Shown here: piece by piece, positions 16,597 through 25,246 of the stretch | Layout of the letters: every line of letters starts with the position of its first letter | How positions within the stretch are numbered: position 1 is the first letter of the stretch | The notes under the pieces: model-generated | Database searches by the model: none | Told to the model about the DNA's origin: nothing | The model's input: the letters and a program-made list of their open reading frames with translations, nothing else | Program-made: the position numbers and the translations under genes | Assembly: GCA_019594235.1 (NCBI GenBank) | Contig: JAFDTG010000002.1 | Location: 1 to 37,138 of the forward strand | DNA length: 37,138 bases | Direction of reading: 5' to 3' | From: Candidatus Saliniplasma halalkaliphilum | GTDB lineage: Archaea > Thermoplasmatota > Thermoplasmata > Halarchaeoplasmatales > Halarchaeoplasmataceae

Positions 16597-17451
16597 TCAT
16601 ATCAAGTGGGCACCTTTGTTATCTATTCGAGTGACATAAATATTCTCAGCTTCAGTTTGTTCTTGAAGTATTTCAACGATTTTATCAGTATCACCGAAAA
16701 AGAACACAGAATTACCTATCATAGCCATACTCCCTTTAGCCTGACCTCTTAGTGAATCGATGGCATCACCTACTCTTTCTTTTATAAACTTTGTATTCTC
16801 CGCGAATTCAAGTGAAAGGTCTAAGAACTTATCAAAACCGTTATCCGGTAGAAATTCGTCCATACAATCGTTGCCGAAGAGCTTTATCCACTCACTTAAA
16901 AGAGGATCGTTTAAAATATCTGGAGTCACTAGGGGCTGCCCGAGAACAGCTATAACGACTTCCCGGTCTATTTCCTTTTTTATGATATCACCGTCAGGGG
17001 GAAGTCCTTCCTTAACCCTTATCTCGAAACCTCCCATAGATTGGCCCACAACATCACCTAAACCAGTTCTACAGAACACTTCGGAATTATGGGCGTATTC
17101 GACAGCTTTTTCTGGATCTTCTCCGAGGTCGTTTAAAGCTGCCATACCTGCAGATAGGGCACAAGCACCACTCATCCCGAATCCTTGACTGAAAGGGATA
17201 TCGGTTTCGATGAATACTTCTCCACCCTGTGCTATATTGAATAGCGTCTTTTCAACCGTAGGAAAGGCAGTCCGTTCACCGTCAACTTCTATGACCCATC
17301 CCTTTTCACCAACACTTACTTCAGCTTTGGCCCCCAACTCGATCGAAAAACCCGCTCCTCTAGAACCGGTTTTATTGAAGTGTTCTTTTGTTGAGTCGGG
17401 GAGTGTAAAAAATCCTGTTATGTGGCCTGGGCAGAAGGCTTTACTGGTCAT
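16597..17451 (-). CDS. Pantoate kinase (archaeal CoA biosynthesis, GHMP kinase superfamily, COG1829)
   Basis: 284 aa. The N-terminus is KAFCPGHITGFF and there is a GHMP-type Gly-rich motif FSQGFGMSGACALSAGMA. It lies 1 nt downstream of coaBC on the same strand. Confidence 0.75.
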   Translation of the reverse strand: MTSKAFCPGHITGFFTLPDSTKEHFNKTGSRGAGFSIELGAKAEVSVGEKGWVIEVDGERTAFPTVEKTLFNIAQGGEVFIETDIPFSQGFGMSGACALSAGMAALNDLGEDPEKAVEYAHNSEVFCRTGLGDVVGQSMGGFEIRVKEGLPPDGDIIKKEIDREVVIAVLGQPLVTPDILNDPLLSEWIKLFGNDCMDEFLPDNGFDKFLDLSLEFAENTKFIKERVGDAIDSLRGQAKGSMAMIGNSVFFFGDTDKIVEILQEQTEAENIYVTRIDNKGAHLI

Positions 17452-17452
17452 C

Positions 17453-18631
17453 TTATTTCCTCTTCTCTATCTCGTCAAGTATTTTTTCTGCGAGTTCTCT
17501 TTTGCTCCCTTCGACCCACTCGTCTCCCTTTAAGATACATATTGTATTCTTTTCACTTTTCACGTCTTCTAAAGAATTGGCTACGACCATATCAGCTCTT
17601 CTATCCTCTATCATCTTCTCAGCCTTTTCCATGGCTTTTTCTCGTGAATCTTCCGCTTTGAAAGCTACCAAGAATTCTACTTCTTCACGTACTTCTTCAA
17701 TGAATTTGGGTAGAGGTTTTAATTCCAGTGAGATACCCTTTTCTGAAGATATTTTTGATTCTGAAACTTCATCAACACCGAAGTCCGAAAGAGCTGCTGG
17801 AACGATGACGGTTTCAGTTAAATCCTTGGAATACCCTATCAGGTCATCAAGTGTTTCGAACTTTCGATTCGGGATCCAATGAGGTATCTCAGCTTGAACG
17901 TTTCCATACCACAATTGAACGTTAGCTCCGCGTCTAAAAGCTCGTTTAGCCAGTTCGATACCGGTTTTACCGGTGGCTCTATTGGTGATGACCCTCATGG
18001 TGTCTATGGGTTCTACACTGCCCCCGGTTATAACGGTTATATTTTCATCTTTAAGATCGTCGTTCAGCAATCTGATGACGTTGTCAACAATCTCGTCTTT
18101 ATCGGCTACTTTAGCTGCCCCCTCTTCGATCTTTGGACCTACTATCGCGGTACCCAATTCCTCTTGTACTTTCTGTAAATTATCCATGACAACTGGATGC
18201 TCGTACATACTCTGATGCATAGCAGGGACTATCATCAGCGGTATCCCAGAACCTATGCTAGTGGTAGCGAAGGTTGTAACAGGGGTATCATCTATACCGT
18301 TGGCTATTTTGGAGATGGTGTTGGCGGTTGCTGGAGATATCAAAAACAGGTCGGCTTTATCTGGAACTTTTCCACATAGACTGACATGTTCTACCTGCCC
18401 GGTCAATTCAGTTATCGGTTCTGTACCCGATGAGAACTCGATTGAGTAAGGATGAACTATCTTCTCAGCCCATTCTGACATAACACAGTGTACTTCAGCT
18501 CCTTCCCTGACCAATTCACGGATGAGCTTTACACATTCAACTGCAGCTATGCTACCAGTTATACCTAGAACTATCTTTTTACCTTTAAGGTCGTCGCCTT
18601 TGGAACCTCTTAAATGTTTTGAAGGATGCAT
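17453..18631 (-). CDS. coaBC: Bifunctional phosphopantothenoylcysteine decarboxylase / phosphopantothenate-cysteine ligase
   Basis: N-terminal flavoprotein motif KKIVLGITGSIAAVECVKLIRELVREGAEV. The C-terminal half is DFP-like (ITGGSVEPIDTMRVITNRATGKTG). The ATG at 18631 is preceded by AGGTG with 6-nt spacing. The track start at 18655 is a GTG 8 codons upstream. Confidence 0.88.
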   Translation of the reverse strand: MHPSKHLRGSKGDDLKGKKIVLGITGSIAAVECVKLIRELVREGAEVHCVMSEWAEKIVHPYSIEFSSGTEPITELTGQVEHVSLCGKVPDKADLFLISPATANTISKIANGIDDTPVTTFATTSIGSGIPLMIVPAMHQSMYEHPVVMDNLQKVQEELGTAIVGPKIEEGAAKVADKDEIVDNVIRLLNDDLKDENITVITGGSVEPIDTMRVITNRATGKTGIELAKRAFRRGANVQLWYGNVQAEIPHWIPNRKFETLDDLIGYSKDLTETVIVPAALSDFGVDEVSESKISSEKGISLELKPLPKFIEEVREEVEFLVAFKAEDSREKAMEKAEKMIEDRRADMVVANSLEDVKSEKNTICILKGDEWVEGSKRELAEKILDEIEKRK

Positions 18632-18683
18632 ATTTACACCTATTATCGGGGCCACTTTTAATAATATTTATCGCAGCCCTGTA

Positions 18684-19214
18684 TCATTTAGTTAGGTACA
18701 GGGTTATAATAATCTTTTCTTCTCTTAGCCCCTCTTCAAACCAGGATGAACTTAAAACATTGTTACCAAAATTTTCTCTATGATCTGTGTTCTCTACTAA
18801 TCCCCCACTGTTTATCACTATATCTTCTGTAAAATCGGTAGAGACTTCCAGGTACCAATCGTATCTATTCTGTATATGGTCGTTGACCATCTTGGAGATG
18901 TCTTCAGCGTAGGTGAAATTTTCACGTTCGATGCCTAAACTCTCTAAATATATCTGTTCAATTAACAGTGCCCTCACGGTCATATCAGTTCTATTGACAA
19001 AACCTTGATCGTGGTTGTACCCGGTATTCGGTATCGTTGAAGAAAGGATAGCTCTTCTTGTATGTCTACAATAGTCTTGGGAGTAACTCCTTTCTTGAAT
19101 TGTATCTAATCGGTTACTGGAGTACACTGTCAATATAGATGCTGCTATCATCAAAAAAACGAAGAATAGTACGGCATCATATAAGCTGAAAACGCCTTTC
19201 TTATCGAAGATCAT
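18684..19214 (-). CDS. Hypothetical protein with a class-III (prepilin-like) signal peptide; archaeal type IV pilin-like or pilus-assembly accessory protein
   Basis: From ATG 19214 the protein begins MIFDKKG|VFSLYDAVLFFVFLMIAASILTVY, a short basic segment ending in G followed by a hydrophobic helix. This ATG overlaps the upstream stop (ATGA) and follows GGAGGTG. The track start at 19247 is 11 codons longer. Confidence 0.5.
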   Translation of the reverse strand: MIFDKKGVFSLYDAVLFFVFLMIAASILTVYSSNRLDTIQERSYSQDYCRHTRRAILSSTIPNTGYNHDQGFVNRTDMTVRALLIEQIYLESLGIERENFTYAEDISKMVNDHIQNRYDWYLEVSTDFTEDIVINSGGLVENTDHRENFGNNVLSSSWFEEGLREEKIIITLYLTK

Positions 19215-19681
19215 CCCACCTCCCATATAGTTACTTTTAACGAGCAAAGGTGTGCTCTACCCAGTGCATCTTCAACTACGACGGAAGTGCTTCTAGAATA
19301 GACCTGTTCTTGTGATGGGATAGATGAAGTCTTGAACTCGAAAGATAGGTCGTTATCGTAAAGACTGTTATCGGTAATGGAGATTTTATACTCGAACCCT
19401 AAGGATTGCGGATGATAAGTTCTATTCAGTATGCTTTGGTTGAGGGTTTCTAGATTCTCAGAAACGTATACTCCAGGTGATTCTATTATTAAGTGATATC
19501 GTCGAAAACTCGACATAAAATCGTCGAGGTCTTGTTTCATATCATTTTCTTTCTGCTCTTGGATATACACCGATTGAACGTGAAATATACTCAACGTGAA
19601 GATCGAGATAGCTATTATGATGGTAAGCAGAGCTGGTATATCGACGAAGAACCCCGCTACGCCTCTGTTATCTCTGTGCAT
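19211..19681 (-). CDS. Hypothetical protein with a class-III (prepilin-like) signal peptide; pilin-like
   Basis: MHRDNRG|VAGFFVDIPALLTIIIAISIFTLSIF. The ATG at 19681 lies about 22 nt downstream of a TATA-like aaatataaatat and has no Shine-Dalgarno site, so it is probably leaderless. It is translationally coupled to the next gene. Confidence 0.5.
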   Translation of the reverse strand: MHRDNRGVAGFFVDIPALLTIIIAISIFTLSIFHVQSVYIQEQKENDMKQDLDDFMSSFRRYHLIIESPGVYVSENLETLNQSILNRTYHPQSLGFEYKISITDNSLYDNDLSFEFKTSSIPSQEQVYSRSTSVVVEDALGRAHLCSLKVTIWEVG

Positions 19682-19714
19682 CAAGGAGGGGAAAAGAGGA
19701 ATGATATTTATATT

Positions 19715-20647
19715 TTAAAACGATTCATAGATGCCGTTGTGAAACGTATCTTCGTATCCCAGTTCATCTAGATGGTCTTGTAGTTTTCCTTGGAAACTTT
19801 TTACTAAAACTTGTCCCCATCTATCCTCGTAATAGTTGAATCCATAATCTTTTAAAATATTCACGTAATTTTGGTTAACGAATTTGATCACAAAATAGTT
19901 CTTATCGTAGATGCTCTCTACGGCCTGTAAGAGTGTAGGAAGGTCCTTTTTTTCTTCTACAGCTATCTCCTCACAGATCACTTGGCTTCTTCCTCCCTGC
20001 AGCATCAAATAACCGATCTTTTCACCGTTTCTATAAGCTATCCTTACATTCTCATTCTTCGGCCACCCCCTAGCTTCAGCCATCTCCCAGAACTCATCTT
20101 CACGAACAACTAATCCGGTCAACCCTTCAACACTATTCAAGTAAGTTTTTCGAACGTACTCTGGGTCTTCTTCCTCCTTCAACTCTATCTCTTCGTTTTC
20201 GACATCACTTTTCAGTTTTTTGTAGGCTGCGGGATAGGCCAGTATATCTCGATATCCCAACTTTTCATAGAGATTATGCGCCACGTTAGATTTATCAGTC
20301 ATCAAGAAGGAAAATCTCACACCTTTCTCTTCCATTATCTCGTGTGCTCTGTTCAATAACTTTGTACTGACACCCTTTCTAGATGCTGAAGGACGTGTAC
20401 ATACATTACGTATCCCACCAGTTAATTCGACACCGCTTTTTGTTTTCAACCTCGGAAAAAGTAGTCCCACGGTCCCCAATACCTTTTCATCTTCCTTAGC
20501 ATACAATTCTCCACCCCATTCAGGTACTCTAGAATCGGCTTTTATCATATCTACAACGTGTTGTTTAGAATACGGGTGGTTGAAACATGTGAGGGTGAGT
20601 TCTGTCATCTGGTCGTCATCGACTTCTTCGTAAGTTACTATCTCCAT
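19715..20647 (-). CDS. GNAT family N-acetyltransferase (two-domain, 310 aa)
   Basis: Acetyl-CoA binding motif A-like IRNVCTRPSASRKGVSTKLLNRAHEIMEEKG, then NLYEKLGYRD. Confidence 0.7.
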   Translation of the reverse strand: MEIVTYEEVDDDQMTELTLTCFNHPYSKQHVVDMIKADSRVPEWGGELYAKEDEKVLGTVGLLFPRLKTKSGVELTGGIRNVCTRPSASRKGVSTKLLNRAHEIMEEKGVRFSFLMTDKSNVAHNLYEKLGYRDILAYPAAYKKLKSDVENEEIELKEEEDPEYVRKTYLNSVEGLTGLVVREDEFWEMAEARGWPKNENVRIAYRNGEKIGYLMLQGGRSQVICEEIAVEEKKDLPTLLQAVESIYDKNYFVIKFVNQNYVNILKDYGFNYYEDRWGQVLVKSFQGKLQDHLDELGYEDTFHNGIYESF

Positions 20648-20752
20648 GGATGGTCCAATGTTCGAGATATATTTAAATTTTTAAAGTCATTAATCATTAT
20701 ACGAGAAAATTAAATAACAAAGGAATGTTATACACCCAATGGTGTTCAAGAT

Positions 20753-21856
20753 ATGACAAGTTCAAAGGTTTACTTTTCCGATCTATCCTCGGGAAGTAAA
20801 GAAAATAATTTGATAAACAGAATAGGACGATTATTCAAGAAAGCTAGTGAAGGTTTAGAATACGAAAAAGATGACCTCGTTGCACTCAAATTACATTTCG
20901 GTGAGAAAGGTATAGATACGTTCCTCAGACCCGTTCAGGTAGAACCTATCATCAAAGCGGTAAGAGATGCCGGTGGTAAGCCATTCCTGGCGGATTCTAA
21001 TACACTCTACTCAGGCAGCAGATCCAATGCCGTTGATCATCACAAGACCGCACAGGAGAACGGATGGGTAAGGCCAGTAGTCAGTGCTCCGGTAGTGATC
21101 GCTGATGGACTACACGGCAATGAATTTTATAAAGTTGAAATCGACGGGAAACATTTCGATGAAGTCAAGATCGGTGCCGGATTCTTTCAATGCGATGGTA
21201 TCGTAGGTGTTTCACATTTCAAAGGCCATGGTATGACCGGATTCGGAGGTACTCTAAAAAATCTCGGAATGGGTTGTGCTTCTCGTGCCGGGAAGTTGAT
21301 GATGCATTACAACGTTGAACCTGAAGTCGATATCGACGAGTGTATCGGATGTGGAAAGTGTGCTATCTGGTGCCCAGTAGAAGCGATAGAAGTTGAACAG
21401 TATGCTGAGATCGATTTAGATAAGTGTATCGGATGCGGTGAATGCAGGATCGTCTGTCCAGAAGGTGCGATCCAGGTGAAGGATTCCTCCTCAAATTTTG
21501 AGATCCAAGAAAAGATCGCCGAGTTCGCCCACGGCTCATTATTGGATAAATATGATAAATCACTGTTTTTCAATTTCGTAGTGGATGTTACACCAGAATG
21601 TGATTGTCCTCCGTGGAGAAAGTATCCGATGGTACCTGATATAGGTATAATCGCTTCAAAAGATCCGGTCGCGGTAGATCAGGCGGCTTTTGATCTAGTG
21701 AAAGAAGAAAAAGGTCGGGAATACGGTGCTGGAATCGATAAGTTTGCTAAAGAACACGATGTCGACCCGACTGCACAGTTAAAACATGGTGAGAAGATAG
21801 GTCTCGGAACCCGTGAATATGAACTTATAGATATCTCCGATGTTAGTGGTGAATAG
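20753..21856 (+). CDS. DUF362 domain protein with an inserted 2x[4Fe-4S] ferredoxin domain
   Basis: The N-terminus SKVYFSDL...LVALKLHFGEKG...RPV is typical of DUF362. There are two CxxCxxCxxxCP motifs (CIGCGKCAIWCPVEAI and CIGCGECRIVCPEGAI). Confidence 0.75.
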   Translation: MTSSKVYFSDLSSGSKENNLINRIGRLFKKASEGLEYEKDDLVALKLHFGEKGIDTFLRPVQVEPIIKAVRDAGGKPFLADSNTLYSGSRSNAVDHHKTAQENGWVRPVVSAPVVIADGLHGNEFYKVEIDGKHFDEVKIGAGFFQCDGIVGVSHFKGHGMTGFGGTLKNLGMGCASRAGKLMMHYNVEPEVDIDECIGCGKCAIWCPVEAIEVEQYAEIDLDKCIGCGECRIVCPEGAIQVKDSSSNFEIQEKIAEFAHGSLLDKYDKSLFFNFVVDVTPECDCPPWRKYPMVPDIGIIASKDPVAVDQAAFDLVKEEKGREYGAGIDKFAKEHDVDPTAQLKHGEKIGLGTREYELIDISDVSGE

Positions 21857-21858
21857 GT

Positions 21859-22803
21859 ATGAGTGAAAAGATACTGGTCACTGGCGCTCTAGGTCAGATA
21901 GGATCAGATCTAATACCGAAACTGCAAAAGAAATACGGTAAAGAAAATATCATCTCTCTAGATTATAATGAATTACCAGATGATTATGATGGAATACTGA
22001 AAAAGGGAGATGTGAGGGATAAAAAAATATTAGAAGACTTATGGAAGGAATATAAATTTACCAAAGTCTATCACTTAGCTTCTCTTTTATCAGCCACTGG
22101 TGAAAAACACCCCGATCTGGCATGGGACGTCAACATGACCGGTCTTAAACACGTGTTAGATATCTCTAAAGAATACGATACCCAGGTATTCTGGGCCAGC
22201 TCTATAGCTGTTTTCGGTTCTACCACTCCTTTAGATAACACTCCACAACACACCATCCTTGAACCGGTCACCATATACGGAGTTACAAAAGTATCCGGTG
22301 AGTTACTCTGTCAGTACTACCATGAAAAATATGGGTTAGATGTCAGAAGTATACGATATCCTGGATTGATAAGCTGGAAGCAAGAACCCGGCGGCGGTAC
22401 TACGGATTACGCCGTAGACATATTTTATAAAGCAATCGAAGAGGAGGAATACACCTGTTTTGTTAAAGAGGATACAAAGCTTCCTATGATGTACATGGAG
22501 GACGCGATAAGAGGAACTTTGATGCTCATGGATGCCGACGAAGAGGATATCAATGTCAGGACGAGTTACAACCATTCTGCCCTCAGTTTTACGGCTAAAG
22601 AGTTAGAAGATGAGATCAAGAAGCATATACCGGACTTCGAAGTAAAGTACGAACCGGATGAAAGGCAGAAAACAGCGGATTCGTGGCCGAATACCATCGA
22701 CGACTCGGCAGCAAGAGAAGATTGGGGTTGGGAACACGAGTACGATCTGGAGAGGATGACCGAAGTGATGCTGGAGAACTTAAGAAAGAAACTCTCTAAA
22801 TAG
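21859..22803 (+). CDS. NAD-dependent epimerase/dehydratase (extended SDR); resembles SDR-type L-threonine 3-dehydrogenases
   Basis: KILVTGALGQIGSDLIPKLQKKYGKENII matches the GALGQIG Rossmann motif seen in SDR-type TDH. The catalytic YGVTK (YxxxK) is present. It starts 2 nt after the DUF362 gene. Confidence 0.6.
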   Translation: MSEKILVTGALGQIGSDLIPKLQKKYGKENIISLDYNELPDDYDGILKKGDVRDKKILEDLWKEYKFTKVYHLASLLSATGEKHPDLAWDVNMTGLKHVLDISKEYDTQVFWASSIAVFGSTTPLDNTPQHTILEPVTIYGVTKVSGELLCQYYHEKYGLDVRSIRYPGLISWKQEPGGGTTDYAVDIFYKAIEEEEYTCFVKEDTKLPMMYMEDAIRGTLMLMDADEEDINVRTSYNHSALSFTAKELEDEIKKHIPDFEVKYEPDERQKTADSWPNTIDDSAAREDWGWEHEYDLERMTEVMLENLRKKLSK

Positions 22804-22806
22804 TTT

Positions 22807-23202
22807 TTAAATTTCAAATTCCTTTTTTATTTTATCTATTAGTTCGTCAAAGCTCTCATTTCCATAGATGCTATTGTATACATTCAAGAAACCGAGGACC
22901 ATATCTTTTGCATCATCTTCAAGATTCTTTATCTCTGTTTTTCTCTCTTCTAGGGTCTCTTCACCTTTATCCGTTAAACTATAATATTTTCTATCTTCTG
23001 GGCCTTGCTCAGCCCGTTCTATGAGACCCTTTTTTTCCATCCTGTTCAACGCGCCATATACAGTGCCGTAACTAGGATTCCAATGTCCGTTAGATATCTC
23101 TTTCAATCTCTTGATGATCTCATATCCGTAAGTCGCCCCTTCCTCTTTCATCGTTTTAAATATTAGATAGCTAATAAGCTCACTAGGCAGCCTTTTTTGC
23201 AT
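22807..23202 (-). CDS. PadR family transcriptional regulator (module 1)
   Basis: GATYGYEIIKRLKEISNGHWNPSYGTVYGALNRMEKKGLIE is the canonical PadR winged-helix signature. It is divergent from permease pair 1. Confidence 0.88.
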   Translation of the reverse strand: MQKRLPSELISYLIFKTMKEEGATYGYEIIKRLKEISNGHWNPSYGTVYGALNRMEKKGLIERAEQGPEDRKYYSLTDKGEETLEERKTEIKNLEDDAKDMVLGFLNVYNSIYGNESFDELIDKIKKEFEI

Positions 23203-23275
23203 CTTTATTCCTGGAATTGGATAGATGATGAGATTATTTGGTCTTTTGGGAAAAGTATTATATATCGTACCGCAA

Positions 23276-23292
23276 TACTACGCAACGTAATA
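23276..23292. promoter_or_regulatory. Imperfect 7-3-7 inverted repeat (TACTACG-CAA-CGTAATA); candidate PadR operator over the predicted TSS/5' end of permease pair 1
   Basis: 6/7 arm complementarity. It lies 10-26 nt upstream of ATG 23302, downstream of a TATA-like ttatatat (23258-23265), and abuts the GGTG Shine-Dalgarno site (23293-23296). Confidence 0.35.
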
Positions 23293-23301
23293 GGTGTAAA
23301 G

Positions 23302-23784
23302 ATGAACATAACCGCTATCGGACTCATAATATTGGCCATTTCTTTATTGATATGGTCCTTTACTAAAGATAAAGAGAAAACGATAAAAGGTTTGAACGTG
23401 GCGAAAAACATGTTCAAAGGTATCGCTGTAGAGATAATATCTATATTGGCTCTTATAGGACTGTTTTTAACGCTGGTTCCTCCCGGGACTATAAGGTCTG
23501 TATTAGGTGATACCTCTGTTATAGAGGCCACTTTTATCTCAGCAGCTTTCGGTACCATAACATTGATACCTGCATTTGTGGCGTTTCCCCTTGCTTCTTC
23601 TTTGGTGGATGAGGGAGCTCATCTAGTTTCAATGGCAGCTTTCATCACAACCCTTACAATGGTCGGTTTCATAACGGCACCGATAGAGATCGAATATTTT
23701 GGTAAAAAATTCACTTTAGTAAGAAATGTACTTAGCTTCCTAGCAGCCATCTTGATCTCACTTGGTATGGGGTTGATATTATGA
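23302..23784 (+). CDS. Split permease subunit A1 (COG0701 / PF03773 'predicted permease' family, half-size)
   Basis: 160 aa from ATG 23302 (Shine-Dalgarno GGTG). It is a clear paralogue of 29502-29984, also 160 aa. Shared blocks: IPAFVAFPLASSL versus IPALIAFPLAASM, AAFITTLTMVGFIT versus AAFITTLTMIGIVT, and GKKFTLVRNVLSF versus GKKFALLRNGLSF. The track start at 23197 adds an implausible non-membrane extension that overlaps PadR. Confidence 0.7.
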   Translation: MNITAIGLIILAISLLIWSFTKDKEKTIKGLNVAKNMFKGIAVEIISILALIGLFLTLVPPGTIRSVLGDTSVIEATFISAAFGTITLIPAFVAFPLASSLVDEGAHLVSMAAFITTLTMVGFITAPIEIEYFGKKFTLVRNVLSFLAAILISLGMGLIL

Positions 23785-24500
23785 AATTTAGATTGGAAAC
23801 GATAGTTAAATTTTTCAAAGATAATAAGATAGCGGCTTTCACTATATTCGCTTATGTCGTTGTTTTTGTATATTCTCCAAATCTAGGTATCGACAGTTTA
23901 AAAATGACGGCATCTTACTTTTTAGAGATGCTGGAGATATTACCGGCTGTTTTTATAGTCATGGGCATGGTTGAAGTTTGGGTATCTCGAGAAACGATAA
24001 TGGGAATATTCGGTAAAGGATCTGGAATTAAGGGTAGATTCGCTTCGGTTTTGATAGGTTCTTTCTCAGCCGGACCAATATATGCAGCTTTTCCCGTCTG
24101 TTTTACGCTGTTGAAAAAAGGCTCATCGGTCTCAAACATCGTGATAATACTGAGCGCATGGGCCGTGGTCAAAGCACCGATGTTGATAGTTGAAACTCAA
24201 TTCATGGGATTGTCCTTCATGTTAGTAAGGTACATATTCACCGTACCGGCGATAATCATGATAGGGATCATCACTGGTAAGATTATCAGTAAGGAATACG
24301 TTATAAAAAATTCAAGTAAGGATGGCTTACTAGTTGAAAGGATAGATGAATTATTACCCGGCCATAACTGTGGTGCTTGTGGATACGGTTCATGCAGGGA
24401 GACTGCCGAGCAGATCGCTGATGGAGACGAGGAACCGGATGTTTGCGTTCCATTGGAAGAGGAAAAGACTATCAGGGAACTGTTAGAAACCTGTTCCTGA
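23781..24500 (+). CDS. Split permease subunit B1 with a C-terminal RnfB-type Cys4 (putative [4Fe-4S]) domain
   Basis: ATGA overlap with A1. It is a paralogue of 28963-29505 (ILPAV..MG, G.GSG.KG, GPIYAAFP/GPLYVAFP, KKGxxxSNIVxxLSAWA). It has an extra tail of about 55 aa: IDELLPGHNCGACGYGSCRETAEQIADGDEEPDVCVP, with Cys spacing C-x2-C-x4-C-x16-C. Confidence 0.7.
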   Translation: MKFRLETIVKFFKDNKIAAFTIFAYVVVFVYSPNLGIDSLKMTASYFLEMLEILPAVFIVMGMVEVWVSRETIMGIFGKGSGIKGRFASVLIGSFSAGPIYAAFPVCFTLLKKGSSVSNIVIILSAWAVVKAPMLIVETQFMGLSFMLVRYIFTVPAIIMIGIITGKIISKEYVIKNSSKDGLLVERIDELLPGHNCGACGYGSCRETAEQIADGDEEPDVCVPLEEEKTIRELLETCS

Positions 24501-24656
24501 TCTTCTTCCGTCTTTTCGTCAATCAGCCTTTTCCATAAGAGCTTCTAAGAGATCCATCACACCTACATCCCTAGCGGTCCTTTTCAAGTATTCCTTGTCC
24601 ATGTCCTCCTGGCGTGTGATTATACTCAAAACGTCTTCAAGGTCCTGTTCGCATTT

Positions 24657-25226
24657 TTGCTTTATATAAACAAACTCCAGTTATGGATCGTAGTTTTCAT
24701 CATCGGTGCCGTTGCTTCCATCGGTTTAGGAAGGTTCTACTGTGGTTGGATTTGTCCTATGGGGTCATTATCAAGGCCGATCATCTGGTTGAAAGATAAA
24801 TTGTCTTTGGGCGATATGGGTGTTCCGGATATATTGAGATCAAAGAAACTCCGGTATTCGATAGTGCTGATATTTTTCGGTACGATGATCGTTCTAAGAA
24901 TTTTAGGTATGGAACTGCCAGTACTGCTCATCATAACTGTGATAGGTGTGGCCTTCATGACGGTCTTCGACGAGGAGTTATTTCATAAGTACTTATGTCC
25001 GTATGGGACCATACTGAGCGTTACCTCGAAACCTTCGAGATACGTGATGAGAGTAGATACCGAAGAGTGTATCGGATGTGGTAGATGTCAGAGCGTATGT
25101 CCAACCGATACCATAGACACGTTGGATTCGGGGAAAAGACAGATTATCGATGGAGAATGCCTCAAATGCTTCAAGTGCCAGGATGTCTGTCCCGCTGACT
25201 GTATAGGATACAGTAAAAAAGAGTAA
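24657..25226 (+). CDS. Membrane-bound polyferredoxin, NapH/MauN-like (CxxxCP membrane motif plus 2x[4Fe-4S])
   Basis: RFYCGWICPMGSL and YLCPYGTILS are membrane-proximal motifs. The C-terminal part has CIGCGRCQSVCPTDTI and CLKCFKCQDVCPADCI. There is no in-frame ATG before the first motif, so the TTG at 24657 is only the track's guess. Confidence 0.65.
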   Translation: MLYINKLQLWIVVFIIGAVASIGLGRFYCGWICPMGSLSRPIIWLKDKLSLGDMGVPDILRSKKLRYSIVLIFFGTMIVLRILGMELPVLLIITVIGVAFMTVFDEELFHKYLCPYGTILSVTSKPSRYVMRVDTEECIGCGRCQSVCPTDTIDTLDSGKRQIIDGECLKCFKCQDVCPADCIGYSKKE

Positions 25227-25246
25227 TTGGATTTACTTTTAACCGA

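Noticed and set aside
16594-16599. The DUF357-like and pantoate kinase genes converge with abutting stop codons (TGA/TCA) and no spacer. The PoK-CoaBC cluster also lacks phosphopantothenate synthetase.
   Set aside because: This is ordinary genome compaction. CoA genes are often dispersed in archaea. Nothing here needs a special explanation.
24519-24602. A 27-aa minus-strand ORF (MDKEYLKRTARDVGVMDLLEALMEKAD) preceded by GGAGG, in the 156-nt gap between permease B1 and the NapH-like gene.
   Set aside because: The Shine-Dalgarno-to-ATG spacing is only 2 nt. The peptide has no recognisable motif. It overlaps the open upstream extension of the NapH-like frame. I cannot support it without conservation or ribosome-profiling data.
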